Assembly: GCA_002633005.1 (NCBI GenBank) | Contig: NMRA01000197.1 | Location: forward strand, 508,534-572,533 | DNA: 64,000 nucleotides | Direction of reading: 5' to 3' | From: Phoronis australis | Lineage: Eukaryota > Animalia > Phoronida | Part shown: one piece after another, positions 63,581 to 64,000 of the stretch | How positions within the stretch are numbered: the stretch's first letter is position 1 | Layout of the letters: every line of letters starts with the position of its first letter | Position numbers and translations under genes: made by a program | Notes under the pieces: model-generated | Seen by the model: only the letters and a program-made list of their open reading frames with translations | What the model was told of the DNA's origin: nothing | Databases searched by the model: none

Positions 63581-63815
63581 AGGGTCCGGTCTTATAATCT
63601 TTTTACTCGAAATTATGTTTGGCATTTTGTTTTGTACCTTTGTGTGTGCGAACTCAAGATTAGTGCCCGTTACTCTATTCTCGAGTACATCATGACTTGT
63701 GTGGGTAATTTTTAGTCCTAGCTTGCAGTTGAAAAACCCAACATCAAGGTTAAAATTCGAATTTGAACTCGAAATTTTGAGTTTTTACTCGAGCATGTAG
63801 CCGAAAATAAGGGCC
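63581..63815. mobile_element. Short repeat family rich in AAACTCGA/CTCGAG motifs, copy 2
   Basis: Shares left and right blocks with 50678-50923. Confidence 0.5.
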
Positions 63816-64000
63816 TTTAAATGCAAACTTGGACTACAAACTCACATGCCTGAACCATAATGTATCCAAGCACAGTCTGATAACCACTTATACTAGTTCG
63901 CACAAAAAGAGCAGAAAAATTGCAGAAAAAATATTTCGATTTCGTTTCGAGTACAAAGATTAGAGTCCGGGCCCAGGTCGAATTTCACATTCCAGGACCA

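Overview
AT-rich, intron-containing animal genomic DNA, most likely from a marine invertebrate (taxon not determinable by eye), with three assembly gaps (29335-29430, ~45228-45840, ~52196-52927). Three host genes are supported. (1) The first coding exon of a GPR158/GPR179/CG31760-like class C GPCR on the minus strand (17757-17076); no further exon was recognised, implying a first intron over 17 kb. (2) A divergent two-exon SLC52 riboflavin-transporter-like gene (36521-37834 + 41460-41666). (3) A divergent three-exon alpha-tubulin (53353-53355, 55220-55439, 57439-58568; 450 aa) that lacks K40 and has a CAGCAG tandem acceptor at the MREC motif. The rest is mostly transposon debris: two MITE families with 5-bp TSDs (hAT5-like), TTAA-flanked Kolobok-type elements, ISL2EU/Harbinger-like, mariner-like and LINE/Penelope fragments, minisatellites and hairpins. 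The most unusual structure is a TTAA-flanked Kolobok derivative (33719-35045) made of two 5' ends facing each other, so a ~310-bp inverted repeat includes the upstream region and THAP start. I see no clearly supported new multi-gene system. Family assignments come from motif recognition only, not database searches.
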